Translations under genes and position numbers: made by a program
Part shown: positions 8,636 through 18,468 of the stretch, piece after piece
Layout of the letters: each line of letters starts with the position of its first letter
Position numbering within the stretch: the first letter of the stretch is position 1
Notes under the pieces: model-generated
The model's database searches: none
What the model was told of the DNA's origin: nothing
What the model saw: only the letters and a program-made list of their open reading frames with translations
Assembly: GCA_042408955.1 (NCBI GenBank)
Contig: JBHOQQ010000136.1
Span: 3,750 to 67,749 of the forward strand
Direction of reading: 5' to 3'
From: Thermomicrobiales bacterium
Lineage (GTDB): Bacteria; Chloroflexota; Chloroflexia; Thermomicrobiales; UBA6265
Length of the DNA: 64,000 bases

Positions 8636-10311
8636 CGGGCCTCCCTCCTCAGTCGCCGATTCACCAACGCGCCGGCGGAACCCCACCAGGCTGTCACCCG
8701 ATCAATCACCACCGCGCGCTCCTGCGCATTGAACGCCGTCAGTGCCACCAGGAACGGGCAAGCCCCGATCACCAGCGCGCTGGCACTGATTCGGACCGGC
8801 AAATCCCAACTGGCGGCGCGCTCGATTCCGACGTAGGCCAGGAGCAATGGTACGGCTGGGAGTAATGGCAGCGCGATTGCCTCGTGAAAAGCGGCAACAG
8901 GTGACCAGCCGACAAAACGGGCTGCCTTGGCGCCAATGGACACAAGCAAAACGAGTCCAATCACGATCATTCCGGTGATGGCGCCTACGGCTCCCCAGAG
9001 GACGATCAGAATGACCATCGCCGGCACACCAATGAGCGTGCTGATCCCATACATCACGGCAAGGGACTTGAGTTGGGCACAGCCGTAGAGCAGCGATTCG
9101 GCGACGAGGAACCCGGCCCAGACGATGTTTGCTGCCAGCCCGAGGCGGAGGAGTGTCGGCCCGTTTTCGACTTGTCCCACCCAAAGTTGCAGGGCTTCGG
9201 GGCCGAGCGACCATCCTGCCAGGAACAGCCAAGCGCTGAGCGCCATTGCCAGCTTTGTGCCGGTGATGAGTGTGCGCGCCAGGTGCTCCGTTCTGGCCCG
9301 TCCGTGAAGATCCGCCGCGTACGGGAAAATGCCCCAAAACGTTGTCTCCGTGATCGACCAGAGAGCGAGCGGCACCTTCAGCGCAAGCTCGTAGGCAGCG
9401 ACAGCACCTACTGAAGCCACCGCGCCAAGCAGCACCGTATCGGTATCATGGATCACCGTTATCGCCACGCTGATCAGCGCGGACCAGGCAAAGAAGGTGA
9501 AGAGCGGGCGCCATGTCGCCGCATCCCGGCTGAGATATCGGAGCGACACTGGCATGAGCGGCGCTCGCCAGCGTGTGAGGACGAGGGTCACGAGTGTCCA
9601 GAATGCAGCCATGGCCGCCGTGGCGACCGCTAACTCTCGCAGCCCTCCGCCCCGCCAGAGGACCGCGACCACGACAGCCGCATCGGCGACGGTGGAAGCA
9701 ATGCCGATTGCCTCACTGGCCAGATACTGCTTCGCGCCCAGGAGTACGCCTTCCGCGACCGACGACAGTTGCTCACAGCAGAAAAGCACGATCGCGGCGC
9801 CGAGCAACGCTGGAATGGATCCGTGCAAATCAGGTGAAACGACGAACTCGCGCAGCAGATATCCGCTCAGGATTCCGATGAGAATAGCTCCTACCGCGCT
9901 CATCGCCATCGCCAAGAGAAGGGCATTCGCGATGATCGCCCGCGCGCGCTGGAAGTCGCCTTTACCCCGCAGGACCGTGACGTTGCGGACCACACTGTCA
10001 TGGAGATCCAGATCAAGGAGTCCCAGCAGGGAGATCTGACTGAGAAGCACCAGCCACAAGCCATATCCGTCGGCGCCAAGCTTGCGATAGACGTATGGCG
10101 TAATTGCGATCGTGGTGATGATGCTGATGCCGTGGGACGCATGACTCCACAAGGTAGCGCGAGCCACCTCCGAGATGGTCCATGCTCGAGCCTCGGGAGC
10201 CTCCATTGCGCCGCCACCTCGTGTGGAATTGCTCCTCCAAAGCGTGGAGGTAACGCTGCTCCCCCGGTGATCCCCGCCATCGATTGGCGCTTTCGCTGGC
10301 GTGCCAGGCAA
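8632..10311 (-). CDS. Wzx-like polysaccharide/oligosaccharide flippase (MOP superfamily)
   Basis: About 520-560 aa, hydrophobic throughout with many predicted TM helices, with N-terminal YVYRKLGADGYGLWLVL typical of polysaccharide biosynthesis proteins. Met36 (10206) is an alternative start. Confidence 0.8.
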   Translation of the reverse strand: MPGTPAKAPIDGGDHRGSSVTSTLWRSNSTRGGGAMEAPEARAWTISEVARATLWSHASHGISIITTIAITPYVYRKLGADGYGLWLVLLSQISLLGLLDLDLHDSVVRNVTVLRGKGDFQRARAIIANALLLAMAMSAVGAILIGILSGYLLREFVVSPDLHGSIPALLGAAIVLFCCEQLSSVAEGVLLGAKQYLASEAIGIASTVADAAVVVAVLWRGGGLRELAVATAAMAAFWTLVTLVLTRWRAPLMPVSLRYLSRDAATWRPLFTFFAWSALISVAITVIHDTDTVLLGAVASVGAVAAYELALKVPLALWSITETTFWGIFPYAADLHGRARTEHLARTLITGTKLAMALSAWLFLAGWSLGPEALQLWVGQVENGPTLLRLGLAANIVWAGFLVAESLLYGCAQLKSLAVMYGISTLIGVPAMVILIVLWGAVGAITGMIVIGLVLLVSIGAKAARFVGWSPVAAFHEAIALPLLPAVPLLLAYVGIERAASWDLPVRISASALVIGACPFLVALTAFNAQERAVVIDRVTAWWGSAGALVNRRLRREAR

Positions 10312-10416
10312 TCTGCTGGATGGGCCGTGTCCTGGTTACCCCAAGGCTACCATGACAATCAGTCTAGGAACATCATCGTATGTGGGGAAGAGGAATTTCT
10401 CCCGGTTGAGGGAGGA

Positions 10417-10983
10417 CTATTGGGGGGAACGCGCGAGCCAGCCGAATGGCTGGCGAGTGGAGCTGTACCTCACCGAGGCAAGGCATGCACCGGCTGCCAG
10501 GATGGCGACATAGACGGAATACGAAATCGTGAAGCTTGCAAAGTCAAGCGGCCAAAGGAGCGGAACGCCGCCCGTGGCCATATCGCGCAGCAAATGGGAC
10601 GCCACCCCAAGTGAAGCGCCCCAGGTCACATCGCGGAGCCATGTAGGTAGTACGACCACGAGAAGGATCAATATGACGGCCGTTAATGCCGAATGCGTGT
10701 ACGGCCGGTTTGTTCCGTTCGTGAGCACGAGCGAACCAGCCATTGCTGGGAGATGATCCACGTCAATAGCTGTGCCGCCGATCACTGTCCCGCTCAATCG
10801 CAAGGGCCTCAACCGAGGAGCGATACAGAGGAGCGCGATCAGCGCGGTGGCAAGATGGGCTGTTTCGTCAATCACGGCCTCCTTGAAGACCGGTAGCTCA
10901 GCATGGCGATATCGGGCGTCAATACCGATGATCACCAGGAGAAGGAAGAACGGAGCAACAGACAGTAATCTACGCTGGACCAT
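10417..10983 (-). CDS. membrane-bound metal-dependent hydrolase (DUF457/YdjM-like)
   Basis: Multi-TM 188-aa protein with conserved His/Asp positions (ETAHL, IDVDHL, YTHSAL, SHLLRD..PLLWPL). Confidence 0.7.
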   Translation of the reverse strand: MVQRRLLSVAPFFLLLVIIGIDARYRHAELPVFKEAVIDETAHLATALIALLCIAPRLRPLRLSGTVIGGTAIDVDHLPAMAGSLVLTNGTNRPYTHSALTAVILILLVVVLPTWLRDVTWGASLGVASHLLRDMATGGVPLLWPLDFASFTISYSVYVAILAAGACLASVRYSSTRQPFGWLARSPQ

Positions 10984-11074
10984 AGCTCAGCAGCTTTCCC
11001 CCCACCAATCCACCACCAGAGTTGGAAAGCACGTCAGCATCCACCTGGACAAAAGAAGGCGTTCGGGTTTTAGA

Positions 11075-11368
11075 TTAAGACGCACGCTCTAGGCGGTCGA
11101 ACGGATCTGCCGGCGGCGCTGCCAGGCCGATCCTGGCGACGATCCGTCCCAAAATTCCACCGGGTCGGGAGAGAGCATCGCTTGCCGCGTCGCCTTGGCT
11201 CGGTGCGATGATCGTTTGCCCACGAATTTCGCCAATCACGTTGCCTTGCAGATCGAAGACGCGGCGACCGTCCGTTGTCCCGACCAGCCGGCCATTGCGG
11301 TTGTAGATGTCGTCGCCAGCGATAAAGCCGCGGCAACGGCCACGCGCATCGAAAAGAGGAGTGATCAT
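11075..11368 (-). CDS. small hypothetical protein with repeated beta-hairpin pattern (4-fold beta-flower-like)
   Basis: From Met46 of ORF 11075..11503: MITPLFDARGRCRGFIAGDDIYNRNGRLVGTTDGRRVFDLQGNVIGEIRGQTII. The periodic G-x-x-h-G pattern recalls proteins named 4-fold beta flower. The family assignment is from memory only. Confidence 0.45.
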   Translation of the reverse strand: MITPLFDARGRCRGFIAGDDIYNRNGRLVGTTDGRRVFDLQGNVIGEIRGQTIIAPSQGDAASDALSRPGGILGRIVARIGLAAPPADPFDRLERAS

Positions 11369-11721
11369 TATCTTGCTTTCGCACGACCACCGGTGGTCGC
11401 GTGGCCGGCTGACTGGGCAGGAGCGATTCGAGCACCACTTCGCGCGAGAACTGCAAGGTGGACGTGTCTTCCGCGCCGCGCAGAGCGAAACATGCGTAAA
11501 CATTCACGAAGGAGGCACTGCCGCTTCGACAGCCCAAGAGCACAAGTTTTTTTTCACATGCTCCTTTTACAAGAACGCTCGGGAATCGCCAACTGCTCCG
11601 ATCCGCTCATGCGACGCCTCCCCACAATAGCGAGCGAATGGTTGGTTCGCAACCCCTACCAGGCAAAGATTCGCAGTCCTCCTTACACGCTGATCGCCGC
11701 CTGTCCATTGTGAGGATCTCA

Positions 11722-12750
11722 TCACGCGTAATGGCAGGCGACCCAGTGGTCAGGCGCCTTCTCCTCCAGCCGTGGCTCCTCGACCGCGCAGTTTGGCCGG
11801 GCGATGGGACAGCGGGGATGAAAGCGACAGCCCGTCGGTGGGTTAGCCGGGCTGGGTACGTCTCCCTGGAGCAGCACACGCTGGCGCTGGCGACCCGGCT
11901 CAGGCACGGGCACAGCCGAGATCAGTGCCTGCGTGTATGGGTGCTTGGGAGACATCGTTATCGCGTGCGCGCTGCCGACTTCGACCAGCTTGCCCAAGTA
12001 CATCACGCCGATCCGATCGCTGATGTGCGCGACGACTGCGAGATTGTGGGCGATGAACAGGTACGTCAGGTGAAATTGCTTCTGAAGATCCTTCAGGAGA
12101 TTGAGGACCTGGGCCTGGATCGAGACGTCCAGCGCGGAAACGGGCTCATCACAGATGATGAGCTGCGGATTGAGCGCCAGCGCCCGCGCGATGCCGATTC
12201 GCTGGCGCTGACCGCCAGAGAACTCATGGGGATACCGGTTGGCAAAGTAGCTATTAAGACCGACCACGCGCAGCAGCTCCTGCACGCGCTCGCGCCGCTC
12301 AGCACGCGTGCCAATCCGCGCAATGGTGAGTGGCTCGGCAATGATGGAGCCGACGGTCATGCGTGGATCGAGCGATGCCGAGGGGTCCTGGAAGATCATC
12401 TGGATGTCGCGGCGATACGGGCGAAGTTGCCGCTGGCTCAAGCGGCTGATATCAACGCCGTTGAAGTAGACATGGCCATCCGTTGGATCGTACAGCCGGA
12501 TGATGGTTTGGCCAAGCGTTGTCTTGCCACAACCGGATTCCCCAACAAGGCCAAAGGTCTCGCCACGGCGCACGGAAAAAGAGACGTCATCCACGGCGCG
12601 GATCGTTAGCTCCCGCCCACCGAACAGTCCACCGCCGAGGGTGAAGTATTTCTTCAGGCGCTCAACCCGCAGAATCTCGGCAGGCAGCGCCGGTGACGTG
12701 GCCTGCTCAGCATGAGTTCCTGGCTGGTGAAGCGAGGGATTCGCAATCAT
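11722..12750 (-). CDS. oligopeptide/dipeptide ABC transporter ATP-binding protein (OppF/DppF type)
   Basis: Walker [10 protein letters not shown], signature SGGQRQR, and a Cys-rich Opp C-terminal extension ([20 protein letters not shown]). Confidence 0.9.
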   Translation of the reverse strand: MIANPSLHQPGTHAEQATSPALPAEILRVERLKKYFTLGGGLFGGRELTIRAVDDVSFSVRRGETFGLVGESGCGKTTLGQTIIRLYDPTDGHVYFNGVDISRLSQRQLRPYRRDIQMIFQDPSASLDPRMTVGSIIAEPLTIARIGTRAERRERVQELLRVVGLNSYFANRYPHEFSGGQRQRIGIARALALNPQLIICDEPVSALDVSIQAQVLNLLKDLQKQFHLTYLFIAHNLAVVAHISDRIGVMYLGKLVEVGSAHAITMSPKHPYTQALISAVPVPEPGRQRQRVLLQGDVPSPANPPTGCRFHPRCPIARPNCAVEEPRLEEKAPDHWVACHYA

Positions 12751-13850
12751 CGTGGCACCTGCCGGCCCTGCTCGCCATTCGGATCGACACCGTCAAAGCC
12801 AGGACCGCCTTCCCGGCCAGGGAACCAGCATGCCACCCACTGGCCTGGCGCTGTCTCCCGCAACGGCGGCAACTCGGCGCAGCGCGCCTGCCGGCGAGGG
12901 CAGCGCGGGCGGAACCGGCACCCTTGGGGAGGCGCGAGCAGATCGGGTGGCAAACCGCCAATCGTGGCGAGCTTATCTTTGACATGCTCACCCAGCCGAG
13001 GTACCGACCTGAGCAGCCCCATGGTGTAGGGATGCTGCGGGTTGGAGAAGAGATCCTTGGCAGGACCTTGCTCGACGATCTTCCCCGCGTACATCACGAT
13101 CACACGCTGGCACACCTCGGCCACGACGCCGAGATCATGGGTAATGAGGATAATCGCCGTCCCAAAATCCCGGTTCAGCCCGACCATAAGATCGAGAATC
13201 TGCGCTTGGATAGTGACGTCGAGCGCGGTCGTCGGCTCATCAGCGATCAAGACTTTGGGGTTACAGGCAAGAGCCATCGCGATCATCACACGCTGCCGCA
13301 TGCCACCAGAGAACTGGTGTGGGTACGCGTGAAAACGATCTTCGGCCGCTGGTATTCCGACGCGCTTCAGCAGCTCAATTGCCCGCCGCTCCGCCTCTTC
13401 CCTGCTCAGGCCGAGGTGCAACATCAGTGGCTCACAGAGCTGATTGCCGATGGTGTAGACAGGATTGAGCGATGTCATCGGATCCTGGAAGATCATCGCG
13501 ATGTCGTTGCCTCGGATCTTCCGCATCTCCCGCTCCGGCAAGCGGACCAGATCGCGTGTCTGCCCGCTAACCGTCAGGAGGATTTCCCCTTGCACGATGC
13601 GGCCCGGTGGGCTAGGCACGAGGCGCATGATGCTCAGCGATGTGACGCTCTTGCCACACCCGGATTCGCCCACAATACCGAGCGTTTCCCCCTCGCCGAC
13701 ATCGAAGGAGACGTCGTCAACGGCATGCACGACTCCTGCGCGGGTAAAAAACTGTGTTGTGAGGTGCCGGACTCGCAGCACCGGCGCGATTCCGGTGGTG
13801 GATGTGTCAGATGCGGCAGGTGCGGGGGTGCTGGCAACCACGTTAGTCAT
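12747..13850 (-). CDS. oligopeptide/dipeptide ABC transporter ATP-binding protein (OppD/DppD type)
   Basis: [22 protein letters not shown]-terminal GCRFRPRCP. Start ATG 13850 is preceded by AAAGGGGA and overlaps the oppC-like stop. Confidence 0.9.
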   Translation of the reverse strand: MTNVVASTPAPAASDTSTTGIAPVLRVRHLTTQFFTRAGVVHAVDDVSFDVGEGETLGIVGESGCGKSVTSLSIMRLVPSPPGRIVQGEILLTVSGQTRDLVRLPEREMRKIRGNDIAMIFQDPMTSLNPVYTIGNQLCEPLMLHLGLSREEAERRAIELLKRVGIPAAEDRFHAYPHQFSGGMRQRVMIAMALACNPKVLIADEPTTALDVTIQAQILDLMVGLNRDFGTAIILITHDLGVVAEVCQRVIVMYAGKIVEQGPAKDLFSNPQHPYTMGLLRSVPRLGEHVKDKLATIGGLPPDLLAPPQGCRFRPRCPRRQARCAELPPLRETAPGQWVACWFPGREGGPGFDGVDPNGEQGRQVPR

Positions 13851-14907
13851 TCCCCTTTGGATCAAGGGCATCCCGCAAGCCGTCACCAAGGAAGGTAAAG
13901 CCGAGCATCGTCAACCCGATAGCGAGCACGGGGAAGACGAGCATATGCGGATCGCTCTGGATATCTCCGGTCCGCCGGGCCGCCTCGCCCACCATTTGGC
14001 CCCAGCTTGCGTCTGGTGGGCGGATGCCAACGCCAACGAAGCTGATGGCCGCTTCGGTGAAGATCGCCGTGGGGATACCGAACGTCGCCGCGACGATAAT
14101 CGGTGTCAAGCTATTCGGGAGGAGATGGCGCAGCACGATATACGGTCCGCTCGCACCGGCAACTCGGGAAGCTTTGACAAATTCCTGCTCTCGAAGACTG
14201 AGGAACTGCGCGCGAATGAGCCGGGCCTCTGTCACCCAGGCAATCAGCCCGATGCCTAGGAAGATGTTCTTTAGGCCCGCTCCGAAGGCATTGACGAACA
14301 TCAACACCAGCAGCACTTGCGGGATCGTGAACACCACGTCCACGAAGCGCATGATGATGTTATCGACTCTCCCGCCATAATACCCGGCGATCGAGCCGAC
14401 AGGGATGGCGATCGCCAGAACGATGGCGTACGAGACGACTCCGACGAGGAGCGACACCCGAGCGCCGTACATCATGCGGCTAAAAATGTCGCGGCCATTG
14501 CGATCGAGACCAAACGGCCATGTCCAACTCGGCGGATAGCGAGCCAGCCGGACGTCCACGACCTCGCTCTCATCGTACGGTGCAAGCAATGGCGCAAAAA
14601 TCGCGATCAACATGAAGGTAACGACGATTACGAGCCCCAGGACGGCGAGCCGGTTCCGGATGAGACGCCTCCACGCATCGCCCCACAGACTCGCATGGCG
14701 GCGGATTCCGGCCTCACCCTCGGCGCCGAGCACTTCCAACGGCGCAGCTTCGGCTTCTGCCATCGGTGCCGGGAATGCCGCTGCATCGTCCCGCAGCGCG
14801 CGGTCTAGGTCGTCAATCGGGCGGTCGGTGGGATGAACAGAAGAGTGCGTCATTGACGTCTCATCAGTAGCGGATTCGCGGATCGATGAGCCCGTAAACG
14901 AGGTCAA
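13843..14907 (-). CDS. oligopeptide/dipeptide ABC transporter permease (OppC/DppC type)
   Basis: BPD_transp_1-type permease with an OppC N-terminal region. Alternative start at Met19 (14853). Confidence 0.88.
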   Translation of the reverse strand: MTSFTGSSIRESATDETSMTHSSVHPTDRPIDDLDRALRDDAAAFPAPMAEAEAAPLEVLGAEGEAGIRRHASLWGDAWRRLIRNRLAVLGLVIVVTFMLIAIFAPLLAPYDESEVVDVRLARYPPSWTWPFGLDRNGRDIFSRMMYGARVSLLVGVVSYAIVLAIAIPVGSIAGYYGGRVDNIIMRFVDVVFTIPQVLLVLMFVNAFGAGLKNIFLGIGLIAWVTEARLIRAQFLSLREQEFVKASRVAGASGPYIVLRHLLPNSLTPIIVAATFGIPTAIFTEAAISFVGVGIRPPDASWGQMVGEAARRTGDIQSDPHMLVFPVLAIGLTMLGFTFLGDGLRDALDPKGND

Positions 14908-15802
14908 CGACTACGTTCATGATCGCAAGGAAGACGCCGTAGATCAGCGTAACCGCGAGAATCATGGGCTGATCCTTGGTGTCCATGCTTTCCACATAAT
15001 ACTTGCCCATTCCCGGCACGTTGAACACTTTTTCGACGAAGAACGATCCAGTGCCTACCGCAGCAAAGATCGGGCCAATCAAGGTCACGACCGGGATCAA
15101 GGCATTCTTGAGCACATGCTTCAGGATGACTTTGCGCTCGGCCAGACCCTTCGCCCGGGCGGTGCGGACATAGTCGGAGCGAATCACATCAATCATGCAC
15201 GAGCGCGTATAGCGGGCAAGCGTGGCGAGGGGCGCGGCGCCGAGCGCAATCGTGGGCAGAATCCAGTCCTGCGGCCGCTCCCAGCCGCCGACGTTAAATC
15301 CCAAATCAATCCCACGGCCCGGCAGCCACACGGCAAAGACCAGAATAAGGAGATAGCCCATGACAAAGCTTGGCATGCTGTAGAACAAAATGGCGACGGT
15401 GATGGAGATGTAGTCAAGGATGCCGTTTTGATTAACGGCGGCGAGAATCCCGAGTGTCATGCCGACAATGACAGCGAACAGCGTCGCCATGGTGCCGAGG
15501 TGCAACGAGATCGGAAACGTGCGGGCGATAATGTCCCGCACTTCTTGACCCCGCCAGACATACGATTCTCCGAAGTCACCATGGAGGGAATTCCAGATAT
15601 ACAGGACAAACCGGACGTAGAGGGGCCGGTCTAATCCGTACATCTTCTCCAGTCGCGCGATCGTTTCTGGTGCCACACGATCCATATTCGCCAGGGCGAA
15701 TGGACTCCCAGGCGTCAGGCGCATAATGACAAACGTAATCGCGGTCATGGCGAGAAGGGTAGGGAGAAGCCAGAGGATTCGTGAGATTGCGTACCGTAGC
15801 AT
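14864..15802 (-). CDS. oligopeptide/dipeptide ABC transporter permease (OppB/DppB type)
   Basis: MLRYAISRILWLLPTLLAMTAITFVIMRLTPGSPF is the canonical OppB/DppB N-terminus. Confidence 0.9.
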   Translation of the reverse strand: MLRYAISRILWLLPTLLAMTAITFVIMRLTPGSPFALANMDRVAPETIARLEKMYGLDRPLYVRFVLYIWNSLHGDFGESYVWRGQEVRDIIARTFPISLHLGTMATLFAVIVGMTLGILAAVNQNGILDYISITVAILFYSMPSFVMGYLLILVFAVWLPGRGIDLGFNVGGWERPQDWILPTIALGAAPLATLARYTRSCMIDVIRSDYVRTARAKGLAERKVILKHVLKNALIPVVTLIGPIFAAVGTGSFFVEKVFNVPGMGKYYVESMDTKDQPMILAVTLIYGVFLAIMNVVVDLVYGLIDPRIRY

Positions 15803-15992
15803 CGTCGCTCCGTAGCGTCTCGGTTTGCTTGCTCACCCGCCTCCCCTGAGCGGGGATTTTCAGAAGCCATCGGTAAACCTGGCTCCAACCGTGGCAATGT
15901 GAACGCGGCCGGACTGTACCACCCCCTTTCGAGCGCGTCAAGAATTCAGGCCCACCGGCAGCAAGGCATTACTGCAACGCTTGACGCTGTTC

Positions 15993-16030
15993 CTCAAGAA
16001 AGCAACGCGGCGGGAATCGCTCCCCGCCGC
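15993..16030 (-). terminator. intrinsic terminator downstream of hslU
   Basis: On the minus strand, GCGGCGGG-GAGCGATT-CCCGCCGC is followed by GTTGCTTTCTTG, about 50 nt after the hslU stop. Confidence 0.55.
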
Positions 16031-16080
16031 TTGCTACCGATGCGTATTCCTCGTTGGATTGCCAGATACGATCGGCTGGA

Positions 16081-17574
16081 TCAGAGAATAAAGTTGCTCA
16101 GATCCTCATCGGCGGCGATTTCGCCGACGCGCTTGATCACAAAGTCGCGGTCGATGAGCACCGTCTGCCCCTTGTACTTCGGCGCGTCGAAGGAGACTTC
16201 CTCCACCACGCGCTCGACGATCGTTTGAAGCCTGCGAGCGCCAATATCCTCTGTCCTGGCATTGACCTGGCTCGCTAGCCGCGCCATTTCGCGGAGGGCA
16301 TCTTCGGTAAACTGCAGGTCGATACCCTCGGTCGCGAGCAACGCTTGATATTGCTTGGTAAGCGCGTTTTCCGGCTCCGTGAGGATGCGATACAGGTCAT
16401 CCTCGGACAAGCTATTGAGCTCGACCCGGATCGGGAACCGACCCTGAAGCTCCGGGATGAGGTCGGACGGCCGGGAATTGTGGAAAGCTCCAGCGGCGAT
16501 GAACAAGATGTGATCGGTGCGCACCGGTCCATAGCGCGTCATCACCACCGAACCCTCGACGATCGGCAGTAGGTCGCGCTGAACGCCTTCCCCGGAGACA
16601 TCGGCGCCGTAATCTCCATTGGAGGTGATCGTCTTGTCTATCTCGTCGAGGAAGACGACGGCGGCCTCCTCCACCCGCTCGATTGCCTCGTCTACGACCG
16701 CGTCAAAATCAACCAGCCGATTCGCCTCTTGCTGAGTCAGGATGCGCTTTGCCTCCCGAACCGAGACGCGCCGGCGCAATGTCCGCCTCGGCACGAGCCC
16801 GTCGAGGAAATCCCGGAACGTGCTTTGAAGCTCATCGGGAGCAAACTCTTCTGCCCACTCCAGCGGATTGTAATCCTCGAAATCGTAATCGGTATCGATT
16901 TCGATCTCGACCGTTTCTTCGTCAAGCGCATGGTCGTTGAGCAGCCGCAGCAGGCGCTTGCGCTCCCGTTCGAGGCGCCGTTGCGCCGCGAGTTGTTGCC
17001 GCTCAGAGGCTGCCTCGTCCTCGGCAGCGCCCTTCGCTGCTTGCTTCCGACCGTTGCGGGAAGGCCGCTTCTGCAGGAACTGCTCAAGGAGAAGGTCGGC
17101 CAGCCGCTGGGCGGCGATCCGGCTCGCTTCGTCCTTAACCTGCTCAAGCCGGCGACCGTGGAGCATGCTGATCGCAATTTCGACCAGATCACGAACGATC
17201 GATTCCACATCGCGGCCGACAGAGCCCACCTCGGTAAACTTGGTGGCCTCGACCTTGAGGAACGGCGCATCAACGATTTTGGCTACGCGGCGGGCAATCT
17301 CAGTCTTTCCAACTCCCGTCGGGCCGATCATCAAGATATTCTTTGGTTGTACCTCATGCCGCAAATGTTCAGGCAGGAGCTGCCGGCGATACCGGTTGCG
17401 TAGCGCGATCGCCACCGCCCGCTTCGCATCCTGCTGACCAATGACGTACTTATCGAGCTCAGCCACAATCTCCGCAGGCGTCAAATTCTCCATGATCACC
17501 CGCGGGCTTGCCATTTCGGAGCCTGAGCGCGAGGATGGGCTGCTCTTTTCAGCCCGGCGAGCTGCCTCGGCCAT
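16081..17574 (-). CDS. hslU: ATP-dependent protease ATPase subunit HslU
   Basis: LTPAEIVAELDKYVIGQQDAKRAVAIALRNRYRR, GPTGVGKTEIARR, C-terminal EDLSNFIL. By homology the N-terminus more likely starts at MENLTPAEIV (17493). The ORF start at 17574 shares 1 nt with the hslV stop. Confidence 0.95.
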   Translation of the reverse strand: MAEAARRAEKSSPSSRSGSEMASPRVIMENLTPAEIVAELDKYVIGQQDAKRAVAIALRNRYRRQLLPEHLRHEVQPKNILMIGPTGVGKTEIARRVAKIVDAPFLKVEATKFTEVGSVGRDVESIVRDLVEIAISMLHGRRLEQVKDEASRIAAQRLADLLLEQFLQKRPSRNGRKQAAKGAAEDEAASERQQLAAQRRLERERKRLLRLLNDHALDEETVEIEIDTDYDFEDYNPLEWAEEFAPDELQSTFRDFLDGLVPRRTLRRRVSVREAKRILTQQEANRLVDFDAVVDEAIERVEEAAVVFLDEIDKTITSNGDYGADVSGEGVQRDLLPIVEGSVVMTRYGPVRTDHILFIAAGAFHNSRPSDLIPELQGRFPIRVELNSLSEDDLYRILTEPENALTKQYQALLATEGIDLQFTEDALREMARLASQVNARTEDIGARRLQTIVERVVEEVSFDAPKYKGQTVLIDRDFVIKRVGEIAADEDLSNFIL

Positions 17575-18329
17575 CAGTCCACCTCCGCATCATCACCATC
17601 GTTCGCCTCTTCCTCCGGAGTTCCTTCGCGCTCCTCCTCCTCGTCGTCATCATCGTCCGCGGCCATTGATCCGGGCGAGTCTGATTGCAATGGCATGCTC
17701 TCGACCGAGACACCCGTCGCCGGTGCGCCGCTCTCCTCCTGTGATCTCGGCAAGCCGACTGACTCAATCGTGAAGTGATCGTTCGTAAAGATACAGATTT
17801 CAGCGGCGATGCGCATCGCGGCTTCGACGACGGCGCGCGCATCGAGGTTTGTGTGAGCGAGCAATGCCTTGGCGGCCGCCGTCGCGTACGGCGCTCCCGA
17901 TCCGATGGCCGCGATGCCATCGTCGGGCTCGATGACATCGCCATCGCCTGAGAGCACGAGCAGTGATTCAACATCAGCGACGATCAGCTGGGCTTCCAGC
18001 CGGCGCAAATACCGGTCCGTCCGCCACTCTTTGGCGAGCTCGACGGCAGCGCGCCGGAGATTGCCATCCCACGATTTCAGCTGCATCTCGAACTTGCCAA
18101 AGAGGGTCAGCGCGTCGGCAACGGCCCCGGCAAAGCCAGCAAGCACCTGACCATCGTGCAGCAGGCGAATCTTGCGGGCACCGTGCTTGAGCACTACGTC
18201 GCCCATGGTGACTTGCCCGTCGCCCGCTAACGCCACGGCGCCGTCACGCTTGACGCCCAGAATCGTCGTCGCATGGATGCGACGCTCAGGGAAATAGTAG
18301 ACGCGAGGAATCACGGAAAGAGGGTCCAA
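17574..18329 (-). CDS. hslV: ATP-dependent protease subunit HslV (CodW-like) with N-terminal leader and acidic C-terminal tail
   Basis: [32 protein letters not shown] core. TTG start at 18329 (alternative GTG at 18314). The 60-aa tail occupies 17577-17756. Confidence 0.9.
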   Translation of the reverse strand: MDPLSVIPRVYYFPERRIHATTILGVKRDGAVALAGDGQVTMGDVVLKHGARKIRLLHDGQVLAGFAGAVADALTLFGKFEMQLKSWDGNLRRAAVELAKEWRTDRYLRRLEAQLIVADVESLLVLSGDGDVIEPDDGIAAIGSGAPYATAAAKALLAHTNLDARAVVEAAMRIAAEICIFTNDHFTIESVGLPRSQEESGAPATGVSVESMPLQSDSPGSMAADDDDDEEEEREGTPEEEANDGDDAEVD

Positions 18330-18468
18330 TCATACGAATGCCGGGTGCCTCACGGACCTCCCGGCGCCACCTTGTGGACGCCCACTGGCGCCCATCTCAC
18401 CAGGAGAAATTGTACTGTACGGACCCCATCCGTATCAGCCTCTTCCGCGTGGCACGCGCCACCAATCT

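Noticed and set aside
11638-13898. 323-aa and 401-aa plus-strand ORFs opposite the OppF/OppD-like genes (and likewise 36146..37492 opposite the second OppD)
   Set aside because: Antisense to strongly conserved ABC ATPases. The composition is Arg/His/Asp-rich mirror-frame translation with no independent support.
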